DNA from: an uncultured Acidobacteriaceae bacterium
GTDB taxonomy: Bacteria > Acidobacteriota > Terriglobia > Terriglobales > Acidobacteriaceae
Direction: 5' to 3'
Assembly (NCBI GenBank): GCA_963724375.1
Contig: CAVRUM010000001.1
Span: 1,251 to 65,250 of the forward strand
Length of the DNA: 64,000 bases
The position numbers and the translations under genes were made by a program. Below, piece after piece: positions 63,622 to 64,000 of the stretch. Position 1 is the first letter of the stretch. Every line of letters begins with the position of its first letter. The notes beneath the pieces are model-generated. The model was not told the DNA's origin, did not search any database, and saw only the letters and a list, made by a program, of their open reading frames with translations.

Positions 63622-64000
63622 TTACTCGGGATTTTTGACGATGGCGATCATGAATCCATCGTAACCTTTGCTGCCGACGGTCTGGATGGCGGTCGCGGTG
63701 AGTCGAGGTTCGGCAGCGATGATCTCGTTCATCCGGCGGACGCCCTGCACGGATGGGTCGGGGTTGTCGGCGTTGATGACGTCTCCATCGCGGACGACGT
63801 TGTCTCCGATGATCATTGTGCCGGGCCGAGAGAGTTTCAGCGCCCATTCGAGATAGCCGGGATAGTTGCCCTTGTCGGCGTCGATGAAGATGAAGTCGAA
63901 AGGTCCGAGGCCTTCGGCGGCAAGTTGAGGCAACGAGTCGAGGGCCTTGCCGACACGCACTTCGACTTTTTCGGCAAGCCCGGCGTGGGCAACGTTGGCG
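63622..64000 (-). CDS. Class I SAM-dependent O-methyltransferase (caffeoyl-CoA OMT-like), 5' end beyond the window
   Basis: The frame stays open to nt 64000 (ANVAHAGLAEKVEVRVGKALDSLPQL). FDFIFIDADKGNYPGYLEWALKLSRPGTMIIGDNV is the Methyltransf_3-type signature. Confidence 0.8.
   Translation of the reverse strand, partial: ANVAHAGLAEKVEVRVGKALDSLPQLAAEGLGPFDFIFIDADKGNYPGYLEWALKLSRPGTMIIGDNVVRDGDVINADNPDPSVQGVRRMNEIIAAEPRLTATAIQTVGSKGYDGFMIAIVKNPE

Overview
This is a high-GC chromosomal segment that looks like core genome of an Acidobacteriota (Terriglobia-type) organism. The pointers are an ADOP-type duplicated permease, a BlaI/BlaR1 pair, a CarboxypepD_reg-fused TonB-type receptor and many secreted TPR/Sel1 proteins. 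I support about 50 protein-coding genes. Cell-envelope biogenesis dominates: lptD / DsbA-like lipoprotein / SurA-like PPIase, then bamA / skp-like / unknown 580-aa protein / rnc / lepB / lepB / asmA-like, plus kdsA. Housekeeping genes include sthA, infC, pyrG and a deoxynucleoside kinase. There are also glycoside hydrolases and a small stress cluster (ArsR / SRPBCC / DinB / DUF899).

By eye I found no rRNA, tRNA, CRISPR array, transposase, integrase or phage gene, and no convincing multi-gene defence or toxin system. The window reads as ordinary rather than accessory, and I do not claim a definite novel system.

The observations most worth a second look are:
1. A BlaI/BlaR1-type proteolytic signalling module whose extracytoplasmic sensor domain is a tandem 29-aa repeat I cannot assign to any family. 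The same repeat recurs in the adjacent stand-alone protein.
2. An orphan LysW-like zinc-ribbon, acidic-tail protein that lacks the EDWGE terminus and is translationally coupled to a small secreted protein.
3. A rhomboid homologue in which all four catalytic or oxyanion residues are substituted.
4. Two intergenic regions (about 51.97-52.18 kb and 52.88-53.29 kb) with strong intrinsic terminators and no annotated gene, which are candidate RNA elements or mini-ORFs.
5. Frame disruptions in the BlaR1-like gene and in a GH-A glycosidase.
6. A probable non-canonical ATC start for infC.

All family calls come from motif recognition by eye on the supplied translations. No database search, covariance model or folding program was run. 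Start codons are the least certain part of every call.
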